DNA from: Lama glama
Taxonomy: Eukaryota
Direction: 5' to 3'
Length of the DNA: 64,000 bases
Assembly: GCA_028534125.1 (NCBI GenBank)
Contig: CM052817.1
Coordinates: forward strand, 56,050,001 to 56,114,000
The notes under the pieces were generated by a model that saw only the letters and a list, made by a program, of their open reading frames with translations, searched no databases and had not been told where the DNA came from. Positions 39,111 to 53,119 of the stretch are shown here, piece after piece. Made by a program: the position numbers and the translations under genes. Position 1 is the stretch's first letter, and every line of letters begins with the position of its first letter.

Positions 39111-39894
39111 CTTATTCTACAAAATATTTTTTGAACTCTATTTGATACATTTTTTCATTTGTATTTTGATATATTCCTTTTAGATTAAAAATACAAATAC
39201 AAAACAAAAAATTCTGAGAAGAGATACTTTGCCCACTCTTCCCGCTTTTCTCCTCTTCTCATTTTGCTAAGAATTTCATTAGAATAGAGTCATGGCATCT
39301 TTCAATATGTCTTAGAGCATATTTTCAATCGGGAAGCAAGAGAGATTTTTTTAACTTAATCAAACATAGATATCATGTCACTGATGAATGATTACGTAAA
39401 CTGAATGATTTCTGACCATGCTCCATGGCTAGCTGTTCTACAAATGAAAATCTAAACTGATTAGTTATAGAAATACTCCTGCAGTGATTGATGATTCTGA
39501 TTCAACTCCTCCATCTCCCCCAAATTTCACCCTTAAGAGAAAGAATAAGTTTACCCACTTGTATTCAAAATTTTATCTTTCAATTTCAACAGTAATAGTG
39601 ATATTTTATTCCAAATTTTTAATTTGATGCATGCATGTCATTGTGTTTGTTATTCTTTAAAAAGATTATATAAAGAAACAAATCAGGCTACATTAAGATT
39701 CTGAAAATAAATAGCAATACAAATAAATTTTGTTAAAAATAATTTTTCAAATATGTATTTTCTTCAAGTCCCTAAAGCCACTGCATACCTCCTTGACTTA
39801 GTAAATGTACTTTTCTCCTTTTTATAAAAAAAGTCCATCAGGCATAAAATTATTTTATTTCATATCACATACTTAGCCACATCAAATTACCCAT

Positions 39895-40376
39895 TTTTTT
39901 AACTGAAGTATAGTTGGTTTACAATGCTGTATTAATTTGTGGTGTACAGCAGAGTAATTCAGCTATACATATATATTCCTTTTTATATTCTTTTTATAGA
40001 CTATTACCAGATATTGAATATAGTCACCTGTGCTATACAGTAGGACCTTGTTGTTTATCTATTTTGTACATAGTAGTTTGTATCTGAAATTCCCAAACTC
40101 CCAATTTATCCTTCTACCGCCCCATCCCCCTACTTGTAACCATAAGCTTGTTCTCTATGTCTGAGTCTATTTCTGTTTTGTAAATAAGTTCATTTGCATT
40201 TTTTTTAGATTCCATGGTATCATATAGTATTTTTCTTTCTCTTTCTGGCTTACTTCACTTAAAATGATTATCTCCATGTCCATCCATGTTGCTGTAAATG
40301 GCATTACTTTATTCTTTACTATGAGGGAGTAGTATTCCATTGTAATGTATGTACCACAGCTACTTTATCCAATCAT
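39895..40376 (-). mobile_element. Cetartiodactyl-type L1 3' end with target-site duplication
   Basis: Reverse L1 3' UTR (tttaactgaagtatagttggtttacaatg...); flanks caaattacccatttt (39883-39897) and caaactacccatctt (40381-40395). Confidence 0.92.
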
Positions 40377-40674
40377 AAAGCAAACTACCCATCTTAAAAA
40401 TCCTTCTCAAGTGCGTATCTTGCTCTATCACTCTAAATATCTCCTTTGATCAAGATGCTCAGAAGAATATACCTTACATGCTTTGGACACTTTCCATTGC
40501 TCCTCAGTCCATGGAAACCATACTATTCCTTCGCTTCCTCTACTGGAACTCTCCTAGCTAATGTTACCAGTGACATTCTTGTTGACAAACACAGTGGGCT
40601 ATTATAGTCTACCAACTCCCTGGAATATTTGAAGCCTTTATAAATAAGGCTTCAATGCCTCTCAGAAACCAATT

Positions 40675-40760
40675 GACTGGGACATTGTGCTGTACACCAG
40701 AAATTGACACATTGTAACTGGCTATACTTCAATTAAAAAATAAAATAAAATAAAACAATA
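40675..40760 (+). mobile_element. Very short young L1 3' terminus lying inside L2-like sequence (~40420-40960)
   Basis: gacattgtgctgtacaccagaaattgacacattgtaactggctatacttcaattaaaaaa. Confidence 0.85.
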
Positions 40761-40989
40761 CCAAAATGAACAAAAAAACAAAATAAATGCTTACTATTAC
40801 TGCAAAAAAATGATATTATCCATTGGTTCCTGAGAGAAGTGCACCTTTGTTATTTGATCTTGTTTCTTCCTTTCTTAGTTTCTCATGACACTTCCTCCAA
40901 TGATAGTCAGTTAAATGTCTCTGCTTTTAGAATTATGTTCTCTTTTATTATCAATTCACTATTCTCTTAGAAGTGTCATTCAGTGTACA

Positions 40990-41760
40990 CCACTGAGTAT
41001 GGTATCAGATAAAGGTTTTTCATAGATGCTCTTTAGCAGGTTGAAGAATTACATTCTATCTCTGATGTACTGAGAGTTCTTATCAGGAATGGATCTTGGA
41101 GTTTGTTAAACTGATGATCTTTTGAATATTAAATTATCTTTTCACACCTGGAACTTCCCTCTTGCTTTGGTTGTGTTATATAATACACACATACAAATGA
41201 CACATACACATATGCATATATATTGCTGTACACAGATTGCTAATATTTTGTTTTGTTGAGCATTTTTGGTCTTGTTCATGAAGCATACTGGTCTGTAATT
41301 TTCTTTTTTATACTGTCTTTGGTTTTGGTGTATAACAATAGTGGCTGAGTAAAAGATCTGTGGAGTTTTGTCTCCTTTCTATTTTCTAGAATAGGTTTAG
41401 TAGTATTGGTGTTTTATTCTTCTTTAAAACTTTGATATAGTTCTGCAAACAAACCCTATATTTTCGAAGATTTTTAATTACATATTCAAGGTATTATAAC
41501 TATAGTACTATTCATGTAATCTTTTTCATATTGAGTGTGTTTTGGTAGTGTGTATTTGAAGAATTGTTTCATTTTATGTAAGTTTTCAAATGTATGTGTG
41601 CAGATTTGTCCATATTATTCCAAAATTTCCCATTAATGTCTGTAGGGTCTGCAGTAATAGATTCTGTTTCATTCCTCATTACTGATATTGCTAACTTTTA
41701 TTCTCTCACTCTCTCTTTTGTCAGTCTTATTAAACATTTATTAAGTTTACTGATAAGCAA
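40990..41760 (-). mobile_element. Old L1M ORF2 fragment
   Basis: tagatgctctttagcaggttgaagaatt, ttgttcatgaagcatactggtctgtaattttc. Confidence 0.8.
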
Positions 41761-44700
41761 TTCAAAGAGTAAAAATATTTTACACACAGTGATTCTCTTT
41801 CTAAGAATCATGAGGGTAGTTATGCCAAGATTTAGTAGTGATGCCATCTTTAAGAGAGACCTATGTAATCTATAACTGAAGAGAATTGTGGTTTTGTCTT
41901 CCCTCCTTAATCCTACCTCACCAGCTTTCCAGCAAAAGCTGAGTGTATAAATATCACTCAAATGAATGTATTTTCTGCTAAAGTAAACTGGAGTTGATTT
42001 CTGACTCTAACAACATTGATATGCACCTGTAAGACTTTATTTTATATACATTTGTATTATATATATAATACATAATAATTATATGTCTATATCCATCAAT
42101 TACTGATTCCCAGTGGTAGACACAGTGCTTCCTTATCTTTGTTATCTCAGTGAATACTGCATTAAAAAAAAACTACCAATAGATGCTAACTGAATGAAAC
42201 TCACTTTGACTCATGCATAGTATGAAATCTTGAAGTAAAATCTTTAAAATAAAAATGTTTATGATGGCACCAAATGACTTCACTTAAGGACAAAAATATT
42301 ATGGAATTACTCTCCTTTACTTCAGTTGAAGGATTTAATTTCTGCACCTCCTCTTTGTTTACTTTTCATGAAACTAAAGTAATGATCAAAAAATAAAGAA
42401 GGATATCACAGTGCCAGAATGTTGAAGAGTAAAAATGAAAAGAAGCTCCTAGGATTCAACAAAGTGAGGACTGGAGGAGATCGAAATATAAATACTTTAA
42501 TTTAACATGATTTTTTGAGAATATATAATATACCACTTATAAAAAAAAACTATTGTAACTTTCAATGATTCTAGAATTTTTTTAAAAAACTCACATAAAT
42601 GTGTTACCTCTATTTACTATACTTTATGATTCTATTTCCTTTATTTATAATCATTCACGATGAGAAAAACAAAATGAAAATTTGTTTATGGAATAGATTA
42701 AAATCACATTTTATCTAATAAAATGTATATCAATGAACTATGAATGCAACTTATTTGTCCTTCTGTGTAAAATTTGTATTTTTATAATATCTGTGCAATC
42801 ATATGGTATTTTTGCATCCTTTTATACTCAATACTTAGCTGAATAGATAAAAATGTTCAAGAATATTTCTGTGGAGAGGCAAGCCAATTGCCAGAAGAAC
42901 AAATGAAAGCACAGGATTTAATTCAAATAATTTAAATTCTGTGGCTTCAAGCTACTAGTCCAATAAAAAGTGACACTATTGCCAAGTAAGTAGGGTAGTA
43001 AAAGAAACAAAATGGGGTAGTCATAATGGGAAACAATATCAACTACTGACATTAAAAAAATAAATACCCTAAATACTTATAGTATTCATTCATTTCAAGT
43101 ACATGCATTTCTCTGTGTTTGTTGAATGCTCTTTCAAGAAACTAAGGACACATACTACACTTTTAAAGATTTTATCTTCACTGCTATTATGAAAAGAAGA
43201 ATCCTTAGGCTAATGAGAATTATGACACTCCCAGGTGCTGTTCCTGTCTTGTAATAGAAGTCTTGTGATACTGTAGTTAAGAAATTGCTTCAGTAAATAT
43301 GCTAAATTTTGTCCATTGAAGGGAACATTAAATTTTGCACCCTATAACATAATCTTTGGCTGTTGGCAGACATTCATATCCCATCACCTTCAATAGTCTC
43401 CCCTATTTCACTTTGCCCTAACTAATTATATCACTAAAGAGAAAAATTAATAGGGGTTATGATCAGATACAAGGACATTATTAAATAAAGGTGACAATTT
43501 CTGATATGTACAAGAAATTGATTTCAAATTATTGAGTCTATATGACATATTAGGATTAGTTTCTTTAATAATGTTGTAAAATTACCCTGCAGCTACCACA
43601 CAAATCATTGTCTAGCAATGGCTTGGCTACAGAGCTATAAAACAGATTTTCCCTGGGATTTAGAGAGAAATTATGTTGTTTGAAAATTTTTGGAATTCCC
43701 TTTTCTTGCTTCCACTTCAGCAATGGAGTATAAAGAAATAGAGTCAAAATCTTAGACTGGGCTTTGGGAAGAGGAGATAAAAGGGCTAATTGGACTCTGC
43801 TACATGAATAGAAGTCATCTTTAACCTCTGTATCATTTATGCAAGTCAGAACATCTACCTGAGAGTTTGGAAATAAAGGTTAGAATACTAAAATGTTTGC
43901 TTGTGCTGTGTGTCTTTACACACCTATCTCAAGAATCCAGGACAACAAAATATAGTGCCAAAAGTTTCTGAATACTAGGTCTTGGTATATTCTCTACATT
44001 TTCTTTCAAAGAACAAAGATGGCATATTAACCACATATTAAACACCTATTGTTTTAGTCCCTAGCTTGGTTGCCATGAATCTGCCAAATAAAATACATTT
44101 TCTGGTTGTAGGCATTAACAAAATTATTTTTCTCCTGGTATCAGAAAGGCAAAGTTAAAAGCTAAATTGAAGTTGAAAGGCAAATTTAAATATATTCTTT
44201 GTGTAGGTAATGTTGGAAAAATCCCCATTAGTAATACCATTAATAATTTGATAGTTGGTAAATTGTCCTTGAATTCATTTTCTTACTTAATTCTATTAAT
44301 AGCCCTACATGATGAGGTTATATGATTAAATTTAAAGCTGAAACTTCAACCTAGTCTTTCTATTCAAAACACATTTCCAGGCTTATAGCCTACTCCATAA
44401 CTACAACCTAATATCCAATTGGCAATTTTTTGTTCGTGTAAATACATATCCTCAGATATTCAGGCACAAAAGTCAAACCTAGATAGGATTCAAAAGCTGT
44501 GACAACTGTGGATAGAGGGTGGGGTGCAGTGTGTGTGTGTTTGTGAATGAGAGCAGATGAAAGTCTTCTTAGGGAGGAAAAAAATGCAAAATACGAACTA
44601 ACATATATACTTTAACATAGTCTTCTGGTTTTGAGTAATTTTCTTTCATTTTTTCTTTAATCACCAGAGCTATTTCCTAAGCAATATCTATTAAAGACCA

Positions 44701-45047
44701 GAACATAACCAAAATCAGATCAATATCAGGTGAAAAGGAAAGAGCAATTTCATATCAGTTAATATACTTGGGGGCTGAGAATTTTGCAATAAATTGAAAT
44801 AAATTTGTTTTCAGTTTTGGTGGTACTTAATAAGGCCTTAATACATATTAATATACAGGTTTTTTTATTAATGTAAATTTTAATTTCTTTTGAGCAAATA
44901 CATAGAAGTGGGATTACTGTGTAGCATAGTAAGTTTATGGTTACATTTATAAGAAACTGCCAAACTGTTTAGTTAAGTGGCTGTACCATTTTGCATGTCC
45001 ATGAGCAATGCAAGAGTCAGTTTTTCTGTACCCTCACCTGCATACGG

Positions 45048-45170
45048 CATATTATTACTATTATTTACCACCACTACCACTACTGCTACTACTATTGCTA
45101 TGGTTAGTAGGATGATTACTACCACCACTGCCACTACTACTACTATTGTTGTTATTATTATAATTATTAT
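45048..45170. repeat. Degenerate (ACT/ACC/ATT)n trinucleotide tract
   Basis: Direct reading; source of the poly-T and poly-V ORFs. Confidence 0.85.
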
Positions 45171-46516
45171 TTTGTATTTGAGACATAGTGTGTAGTAGTA
45201 TCTCATCATGGTTTCATTTTGCATATCCCTAATGACTAATGACACCATTTCATTATATCTGCCTATTTGCCACCAATATAGATTCTTTGGTGATGTGTCT
45301 ATTCAAAAAATTGTATTATTTGTTTTCTCAGTATTATGTATTTTAGAGGTTTTTATATATTCAGAATACAACTATTTTATATATATATATGTTTTGCATA
45401 TATGTCTCCCAATATATGTCATGTCTTTTCAATTAAGAAAGTTCTTCAAAGACCGAATAAATTTAATTTTCATTAAGTCTAATTTATCAATGTTTATTTT
45501 TAAAATATATGCATTTGATGTCACATCTAAGACATCTTTGCCTAGTTCAAGATCACACAGATTTTTCCCTTATATTTTCTGCTTCTGCTTTTCTACCTCC
45601 TCTTCTTCCTTGTCCTCCTTGTCCTTCTTCTGCTTCCTCTACTTCTACTCATTTCTCTCCCTTCCCTCCTCCAACTCCTCCAAATCCTCTTTTAGTTTTA
45701 AATTGACATTTAGATCTATAATCTATTGTGACTTAGTTTTTTACATGTGTAAGATACTGTAAACAAAATTAATGAAAAGCTAAGCTTTAATTTTTATGTG
45801 GATGTCTGAATCTGCAGCACCACTTATTGGAAAGTTATCCTTTCTTCATTGAGTTGTTAATACATCTTTGTTGAAAATCAGCTGGTCAGGTATGTGTAGT
45901 TGTATTTCTAGACTCGATTTAATTTTTCTATGTCTATCCTTTTGCTGATACTGTGTTGTCATTATTTCAGGTTTATAATGTCTTAAAGAAAATCTTCCGA
46001 CTTTGTTCTTCTTTTTGAAAAAAATACTTTGAGTATTCTTGTTCTTTTGCTTTCCAGTATAAATTTTAGAACCATCTTGCTAATTTTTAAACATTCCTTT
46101 TGGGAATTTGGTGGACTTGTGTTGAATCCATAGGTTAATTTGGGAAGAATTGGTTTATTAACCATATTGAGTGTTCCAATCCATGAAAATATGTATCTCA
46201 ATATTTATTTATACTCTTTATTTTTTTTCCTTTATATTTCATAGTTTTGACAATTCAGATCTTGCCCATAAATATTTAATATTTTCAATTCTATTTTAAA
46301 TGGTAGTTAAATTTTTTCAATCCCTAAAAAATTCACATACATAAATGAATATAAATATACAAATATAAATTACAATTAATTTATATATTTTTATCCTACA
46401 AATCTGCTAAACTCATTTATTAGTTCCAGTAGTATTTTTGTATTTTTTTATGAATTCTTTTTCATAGGCAATCAGATAAAATGCAAACAGAGATAATTTT
46501 ATTTCCTCCTTTCCAA

Positions 46517-46518
<2 letters not shown>

Positions 46519-46555
<37 letters not shown>
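46519..46555. repeat. (TA)n microsatellite
   Basis: Direct reading. Confidence 0.95.
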
Positions 46556-46558
<3 letters not shown>

Positions 46559-47599
46559 ATTGATTTTTCTTGCCCTGTTGCACTGGCTAGGTTCTTTAGT
46601 ACAATATTGAATAGATATATTCAGATACCCTGTGTAGGAAAAAACTACTTTATTCTTTCCCATTAAATATTTTAGATATAAGTTTATTGTAAGTGCTTTT
46701 TATTAGGTAAAGCAAGTTCCACTTAATGCTTAATTACTGAGAATTATGTTAAGTTTGTATAAGTTTCACGTATGTAAGAATGTAAAAATTTGCCAAATGC
46801 AGTTTTTGCATCCATGAAGGTAATCACATGGTTGTTATTCCTTTGTGTATGGATAAGATGAATTACACTGATTGGTTTTGAAATGTTAAACCAACTGTGC
46901 CATTCCAGGATAACACCCACTTAGTTGTGATGTCTCATCCATCAGTAAATTGTTGGAATTATTTGCAAATATTTTGTTGAGGGTTCTTACATTTATATTC
47001 ATAAGAGATACTGGTCTGTCATTTTCTTTCCTTGAAATATCTTTTTCTTTGGTTTTGATATCAGGTAAATGCTGGTATTATATAAAGTATTACCTAATTT
47101 TCTTTTTTTCTGGAAGTGTTTATATAACATTTGCATTATTTCTTGAGTATTTGGGAGTTGAAACTATCTAGGCCAAAAGTTTCTTATTTGGCAGGTATCT
47201 AAATAGAACTTCATCTTTGAAACAGACATAGAACTAGTCATATTATCTAATTTTTCTTAAGTGAGCATTGATAGAGTATGTCTGTCAAGGAATGTGTCTT
47301 TCACCTGTATTAAATTTATGAGCATTAAGTGTTCTGTAATATTTTTCTATTATCCTCATGTCTATAGAATTTGTACTGAGTCCCCTGTTTCATTTTTGAT
47401 ATTGGTGATTCATGGCTTCTTTCTCTTTCCCTTGGTTACCTTTATTATTATTTATCAATTTTTAAAAGCTTTAGTTTTTTAATTGACTTTCTTTATATTT
47501 TCTCTGATTTTGATTGGTTTGAAACTATGAATTCAATGGTATCTCTAACTTCACAATCTATAGTAGGATGTTTTGTGAAACTTATGTGAAACTTATGTG

Positions 47600-49650
47600 A
47601 AATTTAATACCTCTGATTTTTTTTAAATAAAAGAGCAAAACTGGAGAACTTAACCATACCAGGCATTAAGACACATACTACAAATTTAGGAATAAATTAA
47701 TGTGCTATTAAAATAAAAAACTCAAGTAAATCAATGCATAAGAATAGAGTATGCAGAAATACACTTATGTATATATGAGACCTTGGTTTATAATAGAGAT
47801 GACATTATTAATTACTAAAGAAAAAAATATAGTATATTGTGTGGGAAAAGAGGCTCACTATGCTATGAAAATACATATGTATTATTAACTTACACTAAGT
47901 ATGCACATAAAATACAAATGAATTAAAAATAAATGTAGAGTTTAAACTTCATTGAATATAGAATAAAATAGTAGGGATAGTCATGGGATAAGAGAGAATT
48001 ACTAATTGTTAAAAAAAAAATTCCAAACTGTGAGCTCTGCTTCTACTTTTCCTTTGGTTTGGAATTCTTTTCCCTTGTATAGTCACATGAAGTGTGTCTT
48101 CTATTTCTTTTAGCTTTCTACTTAAATATCACCTTCTTGATCTCTCTTTATAAATTTGCACACTCCACTATCAATCTCTATATATTATACTGGGTGCATT
48201 TTTTTTCTTGTAGCTCTTATAACCACCTTGCATATTTTAAGGTTATGTGTTTGGTGATTGTCCATATCTACAAAAATATGTAAGCTCCATTGAGAATAGA
48301 GATTTTCATTCATTCATTCACTTATTCATTTATTTATTATCTATGTAAATGTTTAAAACTAGGCCCAGTTATAGCAGCACTCAAAAAGGTTTTTTTTTTC
48401 AGAGTCAGTGAATAAATTAATCATGTACAAACTAGTGAAAACACAGGGGAAAAGACTGATTATGTAAAGAAAAAAAGAGGGTGTGGGAAGGGATAAATTG
48501 AGAGTTTGAGATTTGTGGACACTAAGTACTATATATAAAATAGATAAATAATAAGTTTCTACTATATAGTACAGGGAACTATAGTCAATATCTTTTAGTA
48601 ACCTATAATGAAAAAGAATATGATAAGGAATATATGTATGTATATGTATAACTGAAACATTATGCTGTGCACCAGAAATTGACACGACATAAGAAAGTAA
48701 CAAAAAAGACAAGACATGAGAAAAATGACCTGAAAAGAAAGTGTTTACAATTATAACATCATAAAATAATAATTGGTAACAATCTGGGAGATAATATTTA
48801 CAATATCTAAAACTAATAATAGATTAGCATACATTTAATTCCAAAAGCCAACTAAGAGAAGATAAGAAATATATTAGAAAAAGTGTTCAAAGGATATTAA
48901 GTTGCCAACACATAGACAATCAAGGATAAATATGTTTACATTTAACAATATTCTTAAGATTATGAACAAAACAAGTTTAAGCAACACTAACATGGAATTT
49001 CAGTCTTGTAAGATTAAAAGAAGTAAAAAAGCTTGATAATGTGGAATATCTGGAATGCTATGGATATTTGAGAATACTTTTCCTTTCCTAATATATGTAG
49101 AACCACCTAGGGATAAATTTGGTAATATCTATTGACATTAAAATGAGTTCTCTACACTCCAGCTATGTCAAAATTATATTTATAGTCTGAAAAAACAGTA
49201 ACATATTCTTATAGAAAGCGAAATTAAAATGTTATGACAATATTAAGAAAGGGAGCAAGAATTTGCAAACATATATGCCTATCACTGAGTACGGATAAAA
49301 CAAAGTACTTAGACGTATAAAATGGAATACCTAGAAATAGTAAAAAAAAACCAACAAACTAATAAATGTGCATAAAAGAGTAAAGATAGTAAAGCCTAGT
49401 GTTGGGTTAAAATACAGGAACAATAGGATTCATAATACAATTCTGGTTATGAAATTAAAATATAATTCAATACTATATCTATAGACAATATTTAGTTATC
49501 TAGGGTCATTTGTAAATAGACCAAAGTAAGTGTCTGATGTGGATGGGAAGGAAATTGGATCTAGGGATGAAAAAAAAATAAATTTAAAAATGCATAAATG
49601 AAGCCTTTGCACAGACTAATAATAATGAATAACCTGTGAATTAGGTTAAT
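47600..49650 (+). mobile_element. Decayed L1ME-type fragments interrupted by L2 (~48020-48410) and a younger L1 tail
   Basis: agaatagagtatgcagaaatacacttatgtatatatgag; tgtaagctccattgagaatagaga (L2); aaaatggaatacctagaaatagtaaaa. Confidence 0.65.
48440..48710 (+). mobile_element. Cetartiodactyl-type L1 3' UTR
   Basis: gggaagggataaattgagagtttgagatttg...acagggaactatagtcaatatc...ccagaaattgacac. Confidence 0.9.
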
Positions 49651-52600
49651 TCAACTTTTTGTATCTTACATTGTGGTCTTAGTTTTAAAAGAGAGTTTAT
49701 CCAAGGGAAAGAGAGACAAACTCACATTGACAGCATCCCTCTAGAATGATTTAGGTTAGAGCTTGTCATCTTTGGGTGTTTGGTCATTTTGGCACAAAGA
49801 TCACTATAATGAAGATGATCATCAATCCACGTTAGCCTTATGATACAAGCCATCAAACTACTTTAAAACTACTCCACAGATCATCAATCCAAAAGCTGGT
49901 TATAATAAGCTAAGCAGTCAGATTGGAATACAAAGACAAAAAACAATTAAGTACTCACTAATAAATAAGCACAAGTGTCTTTGTTTATTACATTTTTTAG
50001 AAATTAAGAAATGCATCATTCATATATTAAGTATGTCTGTTTCTTATTAAGTGTCCCTATCATGAAAGGGCTTGGGGAGATTACTTCCCTCTGGGTGAAA
50101 TAATCATTGATCTTCTAAGCCTACAATAGTAAAGAATAGAGGCTGGAGTTAGGGGACAACACCAAAATACGGCCATCCTCTGGGAAAAGCTGTTTTTCCC
50201 TAGGTGAGATAGTCTCCATTTCAACATTTCTATTCCTTGTAAGACACCGGTCTCTCCTACGGTTGTGAGGGTGAGGTGGAGTAATAGTTTAATTATTAAT
50301 AAATATTTATTAATTTTTAAAAACTGTGTTTATTGGAATCAACATTAACCAACACCATATGAGCCAATTTATACCTGAGCAAAAATAGAGGCATTAGAAT
50401 GGGGAAGGATGGAGGGAATAAGAGAGGAAACAAAATGTTTCAATTTATCATAGTATTTTTGTGCAAAATTTCTCCATCAATTTATCTGTATAAAAGAGTG
50501 CTACACTTTACATATCCTCATCTAACATAAAATTTTCTATTCAGTTGTATTATTCCAACATTACAGAAACACAAAGTCACAGGTTGTTAATCAGGAGAAA
50601 TCTAAAAATTGATCTATTGTAGTATTTAAGAATTAGTGGCTTTCAGTCTGTTTGCACTTTATAAACGCTTTATATTGCCTGCTTGAAAATGTTTGAACTA
50701 GTATTTAAAAATTAGATATATGAAGTAAAGAATTCTTAGATAAATGTGAAAAGGAAAGTGTACTAGTCAAAATTCCTGCAAGGAAATAACTGCAGGAGAT
50801 TATTTTTAGAGGAGATAGTCACTCTTCAGTTCGCTGAAATAGTCACCGGATACGTTTAATTAACTTAAATTACCAGTTGGTCCTTGTGGGTATTTGAATC
50901 TGTGACTTGTATTCAGACCATTCCTTTAATTTCACAGGTGAGAAAGTAGAATTTAATTGCAATTAGGGACAGGTGAGTTCACAGAAGACAATGGCAATGG
51001 AGGCTGTATAGAAGTCTTCTGGTTTGGTTAATTTTTGCATCAGCCATGGTAATTTTCCACATTTTTGACAGTATAAAAAATACAAGCAATGTCTTTTTAA
51101 TTACTTTAACACACAAACCATATTTTAGAGTATAAATTTAAACCTTCCCAAATTGTCATTTACTTTATTATCATGAAGTGCTTTGTCCAGAGGACACATG
51201 GCAATCTTATTCAAATACGTTAATGAGCAATAAAATAACATTCTGAATTTCTGAAATTCACTCATATTTCTGATACTAATATGATGTGGAGTAAATTGTT
51301 TCAGTGTTTAATGATCAGTAAAATCTTTTTTTCAAAGGTGCAATCCATGCCCAGGAATACATCAGTAAGGTATAGAGCATAGATTTTGTACTGTTTAGTT
51401 TTGCTGATGAGGGATTATAGTGCTTTCTTTTTAAACATTAATCTTATTTTTTTAAGTTTTGAATAAAATTATTTCTATTTGAGCTTTAGTGCCCAGGAAA
51501 AGGTGAAAAATAATCTTCCCAAAACACAACAGTTCACTTTTAATAGGAGCAGTGATCCTTTCTAAACCTGTGTTCTGTCCTAATTTACCGGCAAGACAAA
51601 TCTAGGTTACAGACAATTAAGTATCTTACCCAAGTTCACAAAGCAATTCAGAGTGCATAAAGCAAACAAACAGAAACTAACGCCCTTCTCATAAAGCTCC
51701 CAGCCATGGCTCCCAGACATCCCAAAGATTTCATCCTTCTAGAATCTCTCACCACCCAACTGAAATACATATCCCATAAACATTTCTTTAGACTATTTGT
51801 AGATAAGTTAATTTCTCTCTTAGCTCTTATTTATTAGCTGATATGGTGAGATGATATTGAACTTTTTAATGATGCCGTTTTACTTTAAAATGTGTTCTGA
51901 GATAAATTTTGCATTAAAAATGGTGTAAAAAGTAACATTTTATTGTATTTCATTATGACCAGTCATTAGGTTTGGTGAATTGGTTCTTCTTGCTAATGTT
52001 TGTGTTAAATTAAAAACACTAAATTGAGATAATCATGCATGAATCCTGCATGAGGCATTAACAATGGAATGCTTGAAACAAAGCTGATATCTATTGCACT
52101 ATAACTAGTCAAAGGGGAAGAATGTTAGGCTGCAAGCAATGTGTGATAATTTCAATCTCTGGAAAGAAAAATGGTATCATTTCTATTCTAACTATATTAA
52201 TGCAGTACAGTATAATTAGGAAAAAATATATAAAGGTAAGTAATTATAGTCAGGTGAACTGAAAACTAATGTGTTCTTATAGAAACATTATTCTCAAGTA
52301 ATGAAACAGGTGTTTTAATTATGAAGCTTTGCTGCTTTGACTTTTAAAAATAGAAGATGAAAAAAATAAATAGTTAAAAATATACTCATAGCAGCTTGAT
52401 CCCATGGCATGCTCCTAATAGATACAAATCTTCTAATAATGCATTTGCCCTTGGGAGCTTTGAAAAAGCTTACAGTACTTGCTCATGCCAACAGAGTCAT
52501 TTCATTCATCTGTTACCGTTTTGGTTGTTTTCCTGTCTACTGACTTTAAATAATTGAGATTGTATATTGTGCCCACTCATTCCTCCGCAAACATTGACCC

Positions 52601-53094
52601 TTAGCTTCTGTGGCATCAGCCATCTGGAACTGTCTGCCCTCTTCTCTTCACATCACTGGAAACCTAATTCACTGCTTGCTAAAGTACAAAACTCCCATTT
52701 AGCTCAGTAGGAGTTTAAAGCAAGATGAGTGGTAGATTGAACACTCATGATCTCCTGCTCACATCTGAAATGCAGCCAAAATATTACCACTTTTGTGAAA
52801 GGGATCTGTTTGTCATGTTAAAAGTGAACACATATTTAAAGGAAATATCAACAATATCACATTCATACGTATCATATTCATATCAGCCAATGGACACATA
52901 TCCATCCAGGTTGCATTTCTCTGACAAGCAAGGATTTTTACATTTAAGGTAGCCACAGTGTCTCCATCCTGTGACCAAGGCAGTAGTTCCATAAAAACAC
53001 TACATCTTAGAGGTAAATACTATAAATTGTATTGGTTAGATGGGTTGTTCCTTATGATTTACTAATCACTGCTATGTTTGTCTAATTCTTCCAG

Positions 53095-53119
53095 ATTTCA
53101 GGAAGAGGAACATTCTCAG
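53095..53119 (+). other. Candidate microexon (25 nt, or 18 nt from the internal AG)
   Basis: tactaat branch-like motif at 53060-53066, ttcttccag acceptor, CAG|gtaact donor. Confidence 0.35.

Larger units (their letters stand above)
44820..47520 (-). mobile_element. Old L1M ORF2/3' region with embedded simple repeats
   Basis: tttataagaaactgccaaactgttt, gtagtatctcatcatggtttcattttgcatatccctaatgact; minus-strand ORFs SWIGTLNMVNKPILPKLTYGFN and SLVIRDMQNETMMRYY are L1 ORF2-like. Confidence 0.88.

Noticed and set aside
45208..45762. 184-aa hydrophobic ORF as a membrane protein
   Set aside because: It is the antisense reading of a decayed L1 plus a CT-rich simple repeat.
52725..52952. 75-aa ATG-initiated ORF in the repeat-poor block
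   Set aside because: No recognisable homology, length within chance expectation, and only a weak donor (AAG|gtagcc) at its end.
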